IMG/VR virus record: IMGVR_UViG_3300045988_068851
Direction: 5' to 3' (one strand)
Length of the DNA: 33,388 nucleotides
Origin: a virus
In this document: piece after piece, positions 1 through 9,941 of the stretch
Numbering within the stretch: the stretch's first letter is position 1
How the letters are laid out: each line of letters starts with the position of its first letter
The notes under the pieces: model-generated
Databases searched by the model: none
What the model saw: only the letters and a program-made list of their open reading frames with translations
What the model was told of the DNA's origin: nothing
Program-made: the position numbers and the translations under genes

Positions 1-49
<49 letters not shown>

Positions 50-86
50 ATAAAGAAATCCCTTGAATAGGCGCTTTTATTGGCTC

Positions 87-149
87 ATTGTACGTCAATT
101 GTACGTCAAAATTGTCCTCAAGGGTAGGTCAAAGAGGATAATTGTACAT
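87..149 (+). repeat. putative integrase arm-type binding sites (ATTGTACGTCA x2 in tandem, plus degenerate copies)
   Basis: ATTGTACGTCA at 87-97 and 98-108, ATTGTCC at 111-117, ATTGTACAT at 141-149. The same TTGTACGT core occurs twice at the other prophage end (33230-33249) in the same orientation. Confidence 0.6.
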
Positions 150-185
150 TTTTTTGCCCTTGTTTTCACCTTGATTGAGCACCAA

Positions 186-224
186 AGTCAGCCCCCTCAG
201 ATCACTCCGAGAGGGCTGACTTTC
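186..224 (-). terminator. hairpin terminator after the lysis operon
   Basis: agtcagccccctc (186-198) pairs with gagagggctgact (209-221), about 12 bp. It lies immediately downstream of the endolysin stop. The U-tract on the - strand is short (TTT). Confidence 0.5.
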
Positions 225-227
225 TGC

Positions 228-1034
228 CTATTTTATCTTGATCTTCTGCCCCACATAAATGAGGTTAGCGTTCTTGATACCATTGTTCTTGACAAGCTTT
301 GCCACAGTGGTCTTGTAACGCCGTGCGATGCCCGAGAGTGTGTCACCACGCTTCACAGTATAAGTCACTGTCTTCTTGGAGTGGCTTGCAGACGGCTTTG
401 TGGTCGAGCTGGTGGTCTTCTTGAAACCGTTCAGCCCTGCTGCTTTTATCTTTGCAGGATAGTCCACATAGCAGATATCCATGTCAACATTGCCGCTGAT
501 ACCGCTGACTCTGCCAGTAGAACTGTACTGCCACATACCATAAGTGCCGCTAAAGTTGCAGCGTGAACCATACTCTGCAAGCCAGAGTGCATACCTCTTG
601 GCGACAGAAGCTTCAAGCGTGGTCTGAGCAGGACTTCTGCTTATGTAGATACCTGCCCAGTATCCTGCCGCTTCAAGAGCGTTACAGAACGCCTTGCACA
701 TTGCAGATACCGCTGTTCTGCCCACAAGCGACTTGCCCTCAACGTCGAAGTAGATAGGGTACTCAAAAGTCTTGCCCTTTATTACGGACAGGCAAGCTAC
801 TGCCTCTGCCTTTGCCTCAGCGGCAGTTGTGGCGTAGCTAAACCAGTATCCACCGCAAGGTATGCCGTACTTCTTGCACTGAGCATAGTTTCTCTCGAAG
901 AAATTGTCCACCTGACTTGTGTACTTCCCGTAGCCTATCTGCATGATAACATAGTCTACCTTGCCCTTGAGCTTTGCAAAATCAATATTTCCCTGACAGT
1001 ATGAAATATCAATGCCCTTAAATGTCTTTGCCAT
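228..1034 (-). CDS. endolysin: GH25 muramidase domain plus C-terminal LysM
   Basis: N-terminal [14 protein letters not shown]...[11 protein letters not shown] is GH25-like. C-terminal [29 protein letters not shown]...IYVGQKIKI is a LysM motif. SD AAAGGAAG lies upstream, and this is the last gene of the late operon. Confidence 0.9.
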   Translation of the reverse strand: MAKTFKGIDISYCQGNIDFAKLKGKVDYVIMQIGYGKYTSQVDNFFERNYAQCKKYGIPCGGYWFSYATTAAEAKAEAVACLSVIKGKTFEYPIYFDVEGKSLVGRTAVSAMCKAFCNALEAAGYWAGIYISRSPAQTTLEASVAKRYALWLAEYGSRCNFSGTYGMWQYSSTGRVSGISGNVDMDICYVDYPAKIKAAGLNGFKKTTSSTTKPSASHSKKTVTYTVKRGDTLSGIARRYKTTVAKLVKNNGIKNANLIYVGQKIKIK

Positions 1035-1038
1035 AAAA

Positions 1039-1308
1039 TTACTTCCTTTCTAAATCTTCGATGCGGTGGTTTGCGACCTTTATCTGTTCAGCGACCACCG
1101 CATAATCCTGTTCCAGCTTATAGGTGCGAGCAATAACACTGTTGTGCTTGTCCACACGCTCAGACAGCTTGTCTATCTTGTACTCGATAAGCTTTTGGCT
1201 ATCATACTGCGCCTGTTGCATAGTTTTACGGCTGTTAGATGCTATGACAAGCTGACACACTACCGCCGAAGCCGCCGTTATCAGTGCGACTATAATTGCC
1301 TCCGTCAT
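1039..1308 (-). CDS. lysis-cassette membrane protein (N-terminal TM plus coiled coil, XhlA-like)
   Basis: Hydrophobic N-terminus [20 protein letters not shown] followed by a heptad-like region. ATGA overlap with the holin stop. Sits between the holin and the endolysin. Confidence 0.55.
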   Translation of the reverse strand: MTEAIIVALITAASAVVCQLVIASNSRKTMQQAQYDSQKLIEYKIDKLSERVDKHNSVIARTYKLEQDYAVVAEQIKVANHRIEDLERK

Positions 1309-1493
1309 TCATCATCACCTGACTTTCTTTTGGCTGACTGCGTGCCAAAGTAGAACGATATCACCACAGTAAACACCGTGATGAACTGCTCTGCTGAAAT
1401 CGTGCGGCGCAGTGCCAGCACGCAGAACACCGCTGTCAAGAACAGTGTTACAATGGACTTTACATCAATGAGCTTCGCTAACTTCTGCTTCAT
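1305..1493 (-). CDS. holin (small, two hydrophobic segments, charged C-terminus)
   Basis: 62 aa with IVTLFLTAVFCVLAL and FITVFTVVISFYF segments and a KRKSGDDE tail. SD AAAGGAGG 6 nt upstream. Lies in the lysis cassette. Confidence 0.65.
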   Translation of the reverse strand: MKQKLAKLIDVKSIVTLFLTAVFCVLALRRTISAEQFITVFTVVISFYFGTQSAKRKSGDDE

Positions 1494-1623
1494 GGTATAC
1501 CTCCTTTGTTATCATCTCATACTCCTCAGCCGTGATCCACTTGCCGACAGCGGCGTGTACCATAGCAACCGACCACAAACTGCTGTCATAGTATCTCTTG
1601 ACCTTGACGTAGTTCTTACTCAT
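1465..1623 (-). CDS. XkdX-family-like small protein (52 aa, below the ORF-track cutoff)
   Basis: Own translation: MSKNYVKVKRYYDSSLWSVAMVHAAVGKWITAEEYEMITKEVYHEAEVSEAH. This is the typical XkdX pattern (YY..GLW....V...V.KGWIT.EE), located between the fibre and the holin. Confidence 0.55.
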   Translation of the reverse strand: MSKNYVKVKRYYDSSLWSVAMVHAAVGKWITAEEYEMITKEVYHEAEVSEAH

Positions 1624-1771
1624 CACCGCTCACCTCCAACTCTACACCGTTCAGCATAGCCAGAAAATCGACGTTTGCCTTTATCCTGTCTATCTCGGTG
1701 ACTTTGGGCTTGCGAAAATTGTCTTCCGTCAGCCCCATGCTCTCAACCATAGATTTTTCTAAATCCGTCAT
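1616..1771 (-). CDS. small hypothetical protein (51 aa) downstream of the tail fibre
   Basis: Own translation: MTDLEKSMVESMGLTEDNFRKPKVTEIDRIKANVDFLAMLNGVELEVSGDE. ATGA overlap with the fibre stop, SD GGGAGG upstream, and an 8-nt overlap with the next ORF. Confidence 0.45.
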   Translation of the reverse strand: MTDLEKSMVESMGLTEDNFRKPKVTEIDRIKANVDFLAMLNGVELEVSGDE

Positions 1772-3618
1772 GTTGTACCTCCCACTTCTGATAGTTTAAC
1801 GATGTACTCTTCCTCGTTCGGAACGGGTATTCTATAATCGTCACCATTGCTGTTTTTGAATGTCACTGAACCCCCTGCTTCGACTTCCATGTTTCGCAGG
1901 AAGTCATCGGGTATTAACGATGAAATGTCGGTGATTATAGGTGTGTCTAATGCCTTGACCTCTGTTCCGTCAATAATGTTGTTCTGCGTGTAGGTCTTAG
2001 TTTCATAGTCTGTCACATTCCCCTCAATGCCGTATCCAGGCAGATTGCGGATAGCTTCGGGGATATGGTATTCGTTGCGATGATATGGGGCGTAGGCTGT
2101 GGCGGTTGATGATTTTTCAATCTGGAAACTTGGAAAATATTTTAGAAAATCAGATTTCCATGTGTCAAAACCGTTGAATGAATTAATCGCAACATACACA
2201 TAATCCTCATCAGCCGTTTGAAATGTGATAGGGTGTCCTGTATAGGCGTTTATACCACTCATCGTTTTATGCCCAAAAAATTCAATGTCACGTTTATCTG
2301 CACCTATCAATTTTCCATACGTTCCGCATAACGCAGTATCTCGTGCGACCGAAATGCAGTATGCAGAATTTGGGCTTACGCCCAGTTTTATGCCACAATA
2401 GCCTCTTCCCAAATCAACTAAATCACTAGCTGTGTAGCCGTCTATATTCCACAAATTCTTCCCCTGCTCCACAATCTCTTCCGTACCAGCGCTGACTATT
2501 TTGCCGTCAATGACCTCAGAATGACCGCCTATTGACTTCACGCTCATCAGCTTACCACCTGTAGGCACTGCTTTCTGATACGCCGTTTCGCTGTCCGTTT
2601 CAAATTTATGGGTCACACCCTGACCGATGGAATACAGTGCGTCCACACGCCTTTGCAACTCTTTATCCGTCAGCTTTACGTTAGCTATTTCAGCTGTATT
2701 CTCGGCTATCTTCCCGACAGCCGTCACATAATCATCAGGCAAACTGTCAGCCACCGCCTGTGCTGTCTGCGCAGCGGTTTCAGCGGCTGTTCTGTCTTCT
2801 GCGACCTTAGCGGCATTTTCTGCCACTGTCGCCTTGTCAACCGTGACCTGTTCCGCCATTTCCTGCACCGCCTGTCTGTCTGCCGCAGTGCTGTCAGCAT
2901 TGGTCTTAGCAGTTTTAGCGTAGCCTGCTGTTATATTCTTATCAGCTGTGGTTTGCTGTGCCGCCGTTGATGCTTGGGCTGCGGATATCTTTGCGGCGTT
3001 CTGTGCAGTGACCGCCTGCTGACGTGCAGTTTCTGCACCCTGCCTTGCAGTGTCTGCCTGCGTAGCGGACGTTTCTGCCGCTGTCTTTGCGGTTTCAGCT
3101 CGGCTTGCCGCCTGCGTTGCCGTGTCAGCTGATTTCTCTGCGGCTGTGGCTGATTTTTTTGCATTTTCAGCCGCCTGCATAGCCGTGCTAGCTGCATTCT
3201 CAGCCCTTGCCACGTCAGCTTCGACCTGTTCACCGATTGCCGATATCCTATCCAGTGCGTCAGCTGCCACACTTGGTGACGGCACGGCATTATCACCGAT
3301 AGCCGCACCTATTCTCAGACGGAAAATGCGTGATTTTTTAACTAAAATATACTCATCGCCTGACAGTTTTTTTGCACATATCTGACAGCTGACTGTCTGC
3401 GCCGACCGCAAGATATCAGCAGTAGGCGTCCATGTGCCGTCTGTGATATCGACCTCATAGGCAGTGCCGTCGCCGTAGTCTATCGTTAACACATAGCGGT
3501 CTGCGCCGTCTACTGTCAGCCCTTCGACCGACACAGGACGGGCATTAGTTTCACCGACATAGCCCAGCAATGCAGTGTTCAGTGTTACGTCATAATCTGC
3601 ATTTAATGTTATCGTCAT
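1768..3618 (-). CDS. tail fibre / receptor-binding protein with a long Ala-rich coiled-coil shaft
   Basis: 616 aa, last large gene of the tail module. The central ~200 aa is low-complexity (AENAKKSATAAEKSADTATQAASRAETAKTAAETSATQ...). Globular C-terminus. SD GAAGGTGA. Confidence 0.7.
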   Translation of the reverse strand: MTITLNADYDVTLNTALLGYVGETNARPVSVEGLTVDGADRYVLTIDYGDGTAYEVDITDGTWTPTADILRSAQTVSCQICAKKLSGDEYILVKKSRIFRLRIGAAIGDNAVPSPSVAADALDRISAIGEQVEADVARAENAASTAMQAAENAKKSATAAEKSADTATQAASRAETAKTAAETSATQADTARQGAETARQQAVTAQNAAKISAAQASTAAQQTTADKNITAGYAKTAKTNADSTAADRQAVQEMAEQVTVDKATVAENAAKVAEDRTAAETAAQTAQAVADSLPDDYVTAVGKIAENTAEIANVKLTDKELQRRVDALYSIGQGVTHKFETDSETAYQKAVPTGGKLMSVKSIGGHSEVIDGKIVSAGTEEIVEQGKNLWNIDGYTASDLVDLGRGYCGIKLGVSPNSAYCISVARDTALCGTYGKLIGADKRDIEFFGHKTMSGINAYTGHPITFQTADEDYVYVAINSFNGFDTWKSDFLKYFPSFQIEKSSTATAYAPYHRNEYHIPEAIRNLPGYGIEGNVTDYETKTYTQNNIIDGTEVKALDTPIITDISSLIPDDFLRNMEVEAGGSVTFKNSNGDDYRIPVPNEEEYIVKLSEVGGTT

Positions 3619-3629
3619 TTAATCACCTT

Positions 3630-4025
3630 CTATGCTATCACGATATAGTCTACACGATATGTTCCGGCAGGCACGCTGACTGTACTAGAGCCAGCGGACG
3701 GCCCCATGCAAATAACCGCATTGTATTTACCATTGAATTTAGCTACATGAACGCAGAAATTCTGATATGGCGTCGGTGTATCGTCCTGTCGGAGAGTGAC
3801 AATTATCTGCGCAGGGTCGCCGTCTATATCCAGCGGTACTGCCACAGTAGAAGTTGCTGATGATACAACCCGTGTAGCTGTTTTATGCTGGATTATCGTC
3901 TGATCTAGCTCGTTTACCGCCGTCTGCACCGCCATCAGTGCGTCCACAAATGCCTGCCTTACCTGTCTGCCCTCAAATGCTGTTGATACAGTTTTTATAA
4001 ATTGTGAAAGGTCTACGTTTGCCAT
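3630..4025 (-). CDS. hypothetical tail/baseplate-associated protein
   Basis: 131-aa ORF with SD AAGGGGG, located between the Tal-like gene and the fibre gene. I recognise no motif. Confidence 0.55.
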   Translation of the reverse strand: MANVDLSQFIKTVSTAFEGRQVRQAFVDALMAVQTAVNELDQTIIQHKTATRVVSSATSTVAVPLDIDGDPAQIIVTLRQDDTPTPYQNFCVHVAKFNGKYNAVICMGPSAGSSTVSVPAGTYRVDYIVIA

Positions 4026-4042
4026 AAATTTGCCCCCTTTTT

Positions 4043-5857
4043 TTAATCAAGTGTGTGATTTTCTGTCGAAACGCTCTTGCAGTAAATTTCGCCTGTTTTT
4101 CCAAGACAAAATATAGCAGGCTTGCTGTTCTCATCACAAAGAGTTAAACTTCCGTCTTCCGTACTTAGCGTAAACGTCTGTCTTTCGCCATTATATCCGA
4201 ATACCGCACCTGCCTGTATGACAACGTGACCACTTATGCTTGCGTTGTCAATGCGTATTTCCAATGGACTAATTCTAACTGTCCATTCGTTATGTGACAG
4301 CTGAATGGCACTGGTAGTTTCACTAGATGTCTGTAGATTGATAGTTCCGCCTGTTATATCTGCTGATTTTGACGACAGCCTATTGGCAACAACTGTTCCG
4401 TCCTCAGATACCGAAAAGGTACCTGAGCCGTTATTTATCTTCAAACCTGTTAAGGTCAGCGCCGTGATAAAGCTTGCAACAAGGTTTCCATCAATGGTCC
4501 ATGCGTTTGTGTATGGCCCAGTTTTAGCCGACCCACCGTCTGAGGACTTCCAAAAGCCTAACCCGTTTTTGTTCAGCTGGATACAAGCCTTGCAAGTATT
4601 AATGTCAGCCGTGTCCATAATCAGAATACGCTGAGGCTTCTCAGATGGGTCGAGTATAACGTGTCCACCCTCTGCACCTGTGATAAGCTTCGTCGCATTC
4701 TCTATCTTGCTGTCTATGACCTGTCTGTTTCTGAACTCTGAGTTGTCTATAGCCGATTGCAGGCTCTGAGTTTTCGCTGTCATAAAGCCCGAAAGCGTTT
4801 CAAATCGGTCGCCAAAGGTCAACTGTGAAGCCTGCGGATTGTCAAGATCTATGGATATGCCCACAATGCGTAAGTCCTCGTCTATACCCATAATGCTGTT
4901 TTTCACTCTGTACCAACAGCCGAGTTCAAACTGCTCAATGTGCTTGTCTATTCTCGAGAGGTCGAGTGCTGTTATTTGATACTGCACTTTCGCACGATTA
5001 ACAGATTTAAGATACTCCTTACCCTTGCTAAGAAGATTGCTTGCAAGTGTCACATCGTCCCATATCTGCGTACCGCTTATAACGCCGTACTTTGCAACCA
5101 AAGAACTGTCTTCTATGTAGTCCTTGCCACCATTCACAGTGCCGATAGTCAACCGCTTTTCGCTGTCGGTCAGCTTTGCACCGAGAGGGTAAAGACGTGT
5201 TATGACCGCCGTTTCATCGACTTCTCGTGATATGGTTTTAAGGTTGACCGCAAGTTCTATGGTAGTGTCAGTGCCGTGTCCTATGTTCTCCAAATAGTCA
5301 AGATATACCTTGCCACCTTTATCACGAAGCTGTATCTCACCACCGAATTTTCCTATAAGCTTGTCTGCGATAACGTCCATTGTCTTGTCCCAATTTGCAG
5401 TATATGTGTAGTTGTTGCTTGCCGTAACAGTGACCTGCCCCAGTTCTATACGTTTATCTGCACCCACCTGAGAATTGTGTTTTGAAAGAAAGGCTGACAG
5501 TACTGTGCGTATACCTACCATTTTGTATTCAATATATGGCTGAACACTGTCATATAGCCAGCCTAAACGCCCCTCGCAGGTGACTTTACGGCATATCAGA
5601 CCTCTCTCGTCCATGCTGTCAGGACACTTCAAGACCCTGCCTATAAAAATGTCCTTGTCAGTGCTTTCATCATAGACCTTGACGGCCGTTGTAAGCGGTT
5701 TCAAGAGGTCATAGCCTGCATTGTTCGGATATATGGTAAAACTGAAACTATCCACAGCGTTGATAGACTTTGCAACCTTGCCGCCTGATATGCGGTCTGT
5801 GCCGTCGCTGTGTATGACAGTGTTTCCAGCTCCGTTTGTTATCGTTACTATGAACAT
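4043..5857 (-). CDS. tail-associated protein (Tal / prophage-tail endopeptidase family-like baseplate hub)
   Basis: 604 aa immediately after Dit, with a TGATG overlap. This is the canonical TMP-Dit-Tal position in siphoviruses. Confidence 0.65.
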   Translation of the reverse strand: MFIVTITNGAGNTVIHSDGTDRISGGKVAKSINAVDSFSFTIYPNNAGYDLLKPLTTAVKVYDESTDKDIFIGRVLKCPDSMDERGLICRKVTCEGRLGWLYDSVQPYIEYKMVGIRTVLSAFLSKHNSQVGADKRIELGQVTVTASNNYTYTANWDKTMDVIADKLIGKFGGEIQLRDKGGKVYLDYLENIGHGTDTTIELAVNLKTISREVDETAVITRLYPLGAKLTDSEKRLTIGTVNGGKDYIEDSSLVAKYGVISGTQIWDDVTLASNLLSKGKEYLKSVNRAKVQYQITALDLSRIDKHIEQFELGCWYRVKNSIMGIDEDLRIVGISIDLDNPQASQLTFGDRFETLSGFMTAKTQSLQSAIDNSEFRNRQVIDSKIENATKLITGAEGGHVILDPSEKPQRILIMDTADINTCKACIQLNKNGLGFWKSSDGGSAKTGPYTNAWTIDGNLVASFITALTLTGLKINNGSGTFSVSEDGTVVANRLSSKSADITGGTINLQTSSETTSAIQLSHNEWTVRISPLEIRIDNASISGHVVIQAGAVFGYNGERQTFTLSTEDGSLTLCDENSKPAIFCLGKTGEIYCKSVSTENHTLD

Positions 5858-6633
5858 CAGAGTGCCTCCTCGTAAAGTTTGAGCGTGAGTGTGCCGAAGC
5901 CATAAGCCGCAAGAGTATTCACACCAGGCTGTAAAGTCAGCTCGTCAAGGTCGAATTCTTTCTCTGTGTTGCGGTATACACTTGCACTTATCTCCTCATC
6001 ATTAAGTGCAAAATAAGTGAAGCCCACACCTTTTGCATCGTCCTCTGAGCGCTTGTAAGAAAGGCGTGGGCGTATGGGTCTATCAGCATATGAATAGACT
6101 TTCAGGGTCGCAGGAGGGGCGTATCGTGTCTGCTTGACCGCCGTCAGCGATATATCCGTCAAGTTCAGACAGTCGGTTTCAAAGTTGAAGTCGTCAAAAC
6201 CGATATCTGAATAATCATCAGAACGCAGAAAAGGATACGTTTTGAAGTTCACTGTCAGATCAGCAGTGCGCCGAGAAGTGAACTCAAATGCAGAGGTATC
6301 AAACACCGCTGTTGCCCCCACAAAGTGATAATCGGTCAGAAAGCTTATCCTCAACTCGCCCTTTGATCCGCTGAGCCAACGGACAACATCACACTTTCTG
6401 CGGTAAAGTTCGTTTTCATCTTTTGCAGAAAGACTGAATTTTATCGTGATATCACGCTGTTTGTACGTCCTTTCGCCTGCCATTTTTGAAAAATCATAAA
6501 AGCCGTTCATAAACGGCAAAGTGGCTTCTATCCTGTTTTCCTCCGGCTGAGATATATCAACACCGTCCTTTTGGATAGTCAAATAGAAATCGGTGGACTT
6601 CTTGCCACCAAACTCTATGTATTCCCTAGACAC
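5857..6633 (-). CDS. distal tail protein (Dit)
   Basis: Directly follows the tape measure. The track start at 6651 lies inside its own SD. GTG at 6633 is 7 nt after AAAGGAGG and overlaps the TMP stop (GTGTCTAG), so it is preferred. Confidence 0.65.
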   Translation of the reverse strand: MSREYIEFGGKKSTDFYLTIQKDGVDISQPEENRIEATLPFMNGFYDFSKMAGERTYKQRDITIKFSLSAKDENELYRRKCDVVRWLSGSKGELRISFLTDYHFVGATAVFDTSAFEFTSRRTADLTVNFKTYPFLRSDDYSDIGFDDFNFETDCLNLTDISLTAVKQTRYAPPATLKVYSYADRPIRPRLSYKRSEDDAKGVGFTYFALNDEEISASVYRNTEKEFDLDELTLQPGVNTLAAYGFGTLTLKLYEEAL

Positions 6634-8731
6634 TTGCAAGCCTCCTTTCACTGCTTGTGACCCTCTCGCCTAGTTTTCCGTCCACTTTTGAAGTGAGCTT
6701 ATCGCCGTCAAGATAAATGTTTCCTTGCTGTGCAAGCTGTGGGAAGTAGGTTTCTAGGAGGGCGATGATCTTGTTCATGGTATCGTTACCGCTATTATTC
6801 ACACTCTTTTCGGGGAGTGCCGAAAAGCTTGGCGGTATGATATCCGTATCCATAAGCGGTTGCAAAGACCTGTTGAACTGCATGGTGATAGTGTCCTCGT
6901 TGTCTGCTATACCCTTTGCGAAAAGGTCCATCATATCAGGTGCAAAAGTGTGGAAGTTTGAAAGAGGCCCCTTGTCAGGTTCAGAAAAGCCGAGAAAGTC
7001 CTTAACGCTTGAGGCTACGTCACATACAGTGTCTTTAAGGCTCTGCCACTTTTCTTTGATGCCGTCTATGAACGCCTGTATCATATCTGAACCCCATTCC
7101 TTGAAGTCATTCCACTTGCGTGAAAACCAGTCTGTAAGGTCGATAAGCATATCAGACAAAGCGTCTGAAACAGGTGCAAAATAGTCCACCATACCTTGTG
7201 CGATGCCCTTGATGAGCTCGACCGCTATAAGTATGCCGCCAGCAAGGATATCAGGAAGATTTTTCAAAAGCTCCATTGTAAGCGTGCCGATTATTTCAAG
7301 CGCCGATTGGGCAAGCTTTGCCGCCGTATCACTATCTGAAAGTGACATTGTAAGCGCATCTATGATCTGCACTGCACCGTCTATGATAAGGTCTATGTTA
7401 TCAACAAGCGCTTTTGCAAGGGCTGTTACTATCTGTATCGCTCCGTCAATTATTGCCGGCAGACATTCAAGAACAGCCTGTATAACTGTAGGTATCTGCT
7501 CAACAATGGCGCTGATAAGGCCTGGTAAAATCGTCGGCAAAGCCTGTGCTATAGTGGTTATGATAGTTGCCAACGACTGCACAAGAGGACCTGCATTCTG
7601 TATAAGTGCTGTTGCGATAATTGTAATGGCTGTTATGGCCGCCTGCGTTATCATGCCGATATTATCAGAAATGCCTTTTACGAGAGCCTGAAATATCTGT
7701 GTGCCTGCTTCTATAAGTTGTGGAAGCAGGTCGCTCACAAGCTGTGGAAGCTCAGCCGCTATGTCAGGAGCAAGCTCGCTTATGAGCGTTGTGACCCCTG
7801 AAAGAGCCTGCTTTATAACGGGCAGAATGTTCTTTGCAAAGGTCTTTACAGTGCCTACCATTTCTTTTATAAGATTTTTCAGGTCAGCGTTTTTGTCGCC
7901 CATGCCTGCCATAAGGTTTGCCCATGCAGCTTTCACAGAACCGAGAGAGCCGGAAACTGTTGTCGCCGCTTCCTTTGAAGTTGTACCCGTGATGTCAAGG
8001 TCGGTCTGCACCTTGTGGATAGCCTCTATCATTTTGTCAAATGACACGCTGTTGACGGTCTTTTCATCGACCTTTATCGAATCTCCAAGCACGCCTGAAT
8101 CGTTGATTAGCCTTGCCATTTCCGCCTGTGTACCACCATAGCCCAATTTTAAGTTATCGAGCATGGTATAGTTCTGCTTTGCAAAACCCTGATAAGCGTT
8201 CTGGATAGATGATATGTCCGTGCCAAATTTGTTAGCATTATCCGACATATCCACCATTGCTTCATTGGCTATCTCAGCCGCCTGCGCAGTATCACCGCCC
8301 AAGCCTTGCAGAAGTGACGCAGAAAAGCTTGTGACGTTCTGCATATAGTCATTAGCCGATATTCCTGCGGTCTTGTATGCCTCACTGGCGTACTTTACGA
8401 TAGTATCGGCGTTATCCTTGAATAGCGTTTCGACACCACCTATGTTCTGCTCATAGTCCGCATATGCGCTCGCAGAGCTTTTGACTATAGCACCTATGCC
8501 TGCGCTTGCTGCCGATATAGTTGCTATACCAGCTTTTGCGGCAAGTGCAAAGCCCTTTTTGATAGTGCTTCCAAAACCTGAAACGACCTTGCCGCCAAGA
8601 GAACTTCCAAACTTGTGACCATCGGGCATACTATCCCCGAACGCTCTTCGCAGTTCTGACGCAAGCCCTTGCATAGACGGAACTATCTGCACATATGCCT
8701 TGCCTAGCTGTGTGCCGTTTTCTTCTGCCAT
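6626..8731 (-). CDS. tail tape measure protein
   Basis: 701 aa, largely helical and low-complexity, with a hydrophobic central block (ITAITIIATALIQNAGPLV...). Follows the G/GT chaperones. SD AGGAGGG. Confidence 0.9.
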   Translation of the reverse strand: MAEENGTQLGKAYVQIVPSMQGLASELRRAFGDSMPDGHKFGSSLGGKVVSGFGSTIKKGFALAAKAGIATISAASAGIGAIVKSSASAYADYEQNIGGVETLFKDNADTIVKYASEAYKTAGISANDYMQNVTSFSASLLQGLGGDTAQAAEIANEAMVDMSDNANKFGTDISSIQNAYQGFAKQNYTMLDNLKLGYGGTQAEMARLINDSGVLGDSIKVDEKTVNSVSFDKMIEAIHKVQTDLDITGTTSKEAATTVSGSLGSVKAAWANLMAGMGDKNADLKNLIKEMVGTVKTFAKNILPVIKQALSGVTTLISELAPDIAAELPQLVSDLLPQLIEAGTQIFQALVKGISDNIGMITQAAITAITIIATALIQNAGPLVQSLATIITTIAQALPTILPGLISAIVEQIPTVIQAVLECLPAIIDGAIQIVTALAKALVDNIDLIIDGAVQIIDALTMSLSDSDTAAKLAQSALEIIGTLTMELLKNLPDILAGGILIAVELIKGIAQGMVDYFAPVSDALSDMLIDLTDWFSRKWNDFKEWGSDMIQAFIDGIKEKWQSLKDTVCDVASSVKDFLGFSEPDKGPLSNFHTFAPDMMDLFAKGIADNEDTITMQFNRSLQPLMDTDIIPPSFSALPEKSVNNSGNDTMNKIIALLETYFPQLAQQGNIYLDGDKLTSKVDGKLGERVTSSERRLASV

Positions 8732-8732
8732 G

Positions 8733-9098
8733 TTAGCCCTCCTTTCCTAAGATTTTTCTTCTTGCTTCCTCATAATCCTCGCCGCTTCGGAACGCTGCTA
8801 TCTCGCTGTCGCTCTCGCTTTTGCCTATAAGCTTTTCAGCTATGGACTGCGGCCTGTTCACACCTCTTTGTCCGTCCTTTGTCTGCGACCAGCATATCCA
8901 TTGCAGGCGGTCAAATATCAGCGCAAGCAATATCTCAGAGAACGAACCACAAACTCCGTTGAGCTTGCGCTTGACCCGTGAACTGCTGTCAAGACCACAA
9001 AGAAAAGTCGCCACCTTTCGTGCAGGCAGCGACTTAAAATCGTATATGTGATAATACTGCGCCATATCGCAGTCAAGCTCATCAGGATAGCGCTCCAT
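8733..9098 (-). CDS. tail assembly chaperone, T part (probably made as a G-T fusion by -1 frameshift)
   Basis: The ORF is in the -1 frame relative to 9113-9373 and is open all the way back to the slippery site. It has no convincing SD of its own. Confidence 0.7.
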   Translation of the reverse strand: MERYPDELDCDMAQYYHIYDFKSLPARKVATFLCGLDSSSRVKRKLNGVCGSFSEILLALIFDRLQWICWSQTKDGQRGVNRPQSIAEKLIGKSESDSEIAAFRSGEDYEEARRKILGKEG

Positions 9099-9112
9099 GA
9101 CAGCGGCAAGGA

Positions 9113-9373
9113 CTAGGAGTTTTTTGTCTTAGGTGTCTGGAAGATCTCCACGATCAACTTTGTTATCTCTTTAGCCGATACATAGCCGCACTTTTCTCTT
9201 ATCTTCGCAAAAGCTTTTTCTTTCTTGCTTCCCAAAGCGGCGTCAACTACTTTGACATATGCAAGGGGGTCGCCCTGTTCACACTTACCGACAGCTTCGA
9301 TAAACTCATAGTCGTCAAGGGTCTTCTCCTCTATTTCAAACTCAAAACCGCTTTCTGTCTTTCCTGTCAGCAT
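9113..9373 (-). CDS. tail assembly chaperone, G part
   Basis: 86-aa acidic protein between the major tail protein and the TMP. It ends ...QTPKTKNS with the slippery heptamer in frame. Confidence 0.75.
   Translation of the reverse strand: MLTGKTESGFEFEIEEKTLDDYEFIEAVGKCEQGDPLAYVKVVDAALGSKKEKAFAKIREKCGYVSAKEITKLIVEIFQTPKTKNS
9119..9125 (-). other. -1 programmed ribosomal frameshift heptamer A_AAA_AAC
   Basis: The - strand reads ACA AAA AAC TCC TAG. After a -1 slip the frame reads CTC CTA GTC CTT GCC GCT GTC ATG GAG..., with no stop, joining ORF 8733-9098. Confidence 0.75.
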
Positions 9374-9376
9374 AGG

Positions 9377-9934
9377 TTATTCCCCTTTCTTCATGTATTC
9401 ATAGTGTGTGTTGCCGTTCTCATCAGGTGTGGCTGTGATAGTCAGCTCATAGCCGATAGGCTCATTGTCTTTGTAGGTGATGTCAGATATCTCCGTCACC
9501 TTGCCGAACGGAACGACCACTCTTTTCAGTACGTTGTTTTTCAGTATCATATCGAATACGAACGCCTGATCTTCATGTTCGGCACTGTTTACCTTGATAG
9601 TCAGACCCGTGTCAAGGTCGCCCGAAACATTGCTGCCATTGTAGACAGTTTTCAACACATCTGTATTGGTACACTCTATCAGTTTGACCTTGAAAGTGTC
9701 CGTCTTTTCTGTCTGTGGTGTGTCAACGATATCACCGCCCCAGGCTTTGATGTTTTCAGTAGAAATGCCAGAACTGTTTGTTACACCGTCCTCTGAACAG
9801 TAGCCCAGGCTTTTGAACGCTGCGTCAAGTGCTGTTGTTGCATCTGTCGGCAGTGTAGATCCCGTGATCGCTGTGAAAACCGCTCCGCCTACCTTTGGCT
9901 TGCCTGTTGATACGTTATCTTTGTTGTTTGCCAT
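9377..9934 (-). CDS. major tail protein
   Basis: 185 aa with N-terminus MANNKDNVSTGKPKVGGAVF..., typical of TP901-1/phi13-type major tail proteins. Lies directly upstream of the chaperone pair. SD GAGGAG. Confidence 0.8.
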   Translation of the reverse strand: MANNKDNVSTGKPKVGGAVFTAITGSTLPTDATTALDAAFKSLGYCSEDGVTNSSGISTENIKAWGGDIVDTPQTEKTDTFKVKLIECTNTDVLKTVYNGSNVSGDLDTGLTIKVNSAEHEDQAFVFDMILKNNVLKRVVVPFGKVTEISDITYKDNEPIGYELTITATPDENGNTHYEYMKKGE

Positions 9935-9941
9935 AGTATTA

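Noticed and set aside
63-566. 167-aa + strand ORF at the left end
   Set aside because: It overlaps the att arm sites, the terminator hairpin and the endolysin gene in antisense. Its composition is Cys/Leu-rich noise.
2608-3385. Three overlapping ORFs (120, 125 and 111 aa) inside and antisense to the tail fibre gene
   Set aside because: They lie in the Ala-rich, GC-skewed, low-complexity shaft region, where all frames stay open. Their translations are Arg/Cys/Ser-rich nonsense and they have no SD.
6765-8141. Three + strand ORFs (139-162 aa) antisense to the tape measure gene
   Set aside because: They are typical shadow ORFs of a long, biased gene. They are Ser/Ile-rich with no motifs or ribosome-binding sites, and the - strand TMP reading frame is unambiguous.
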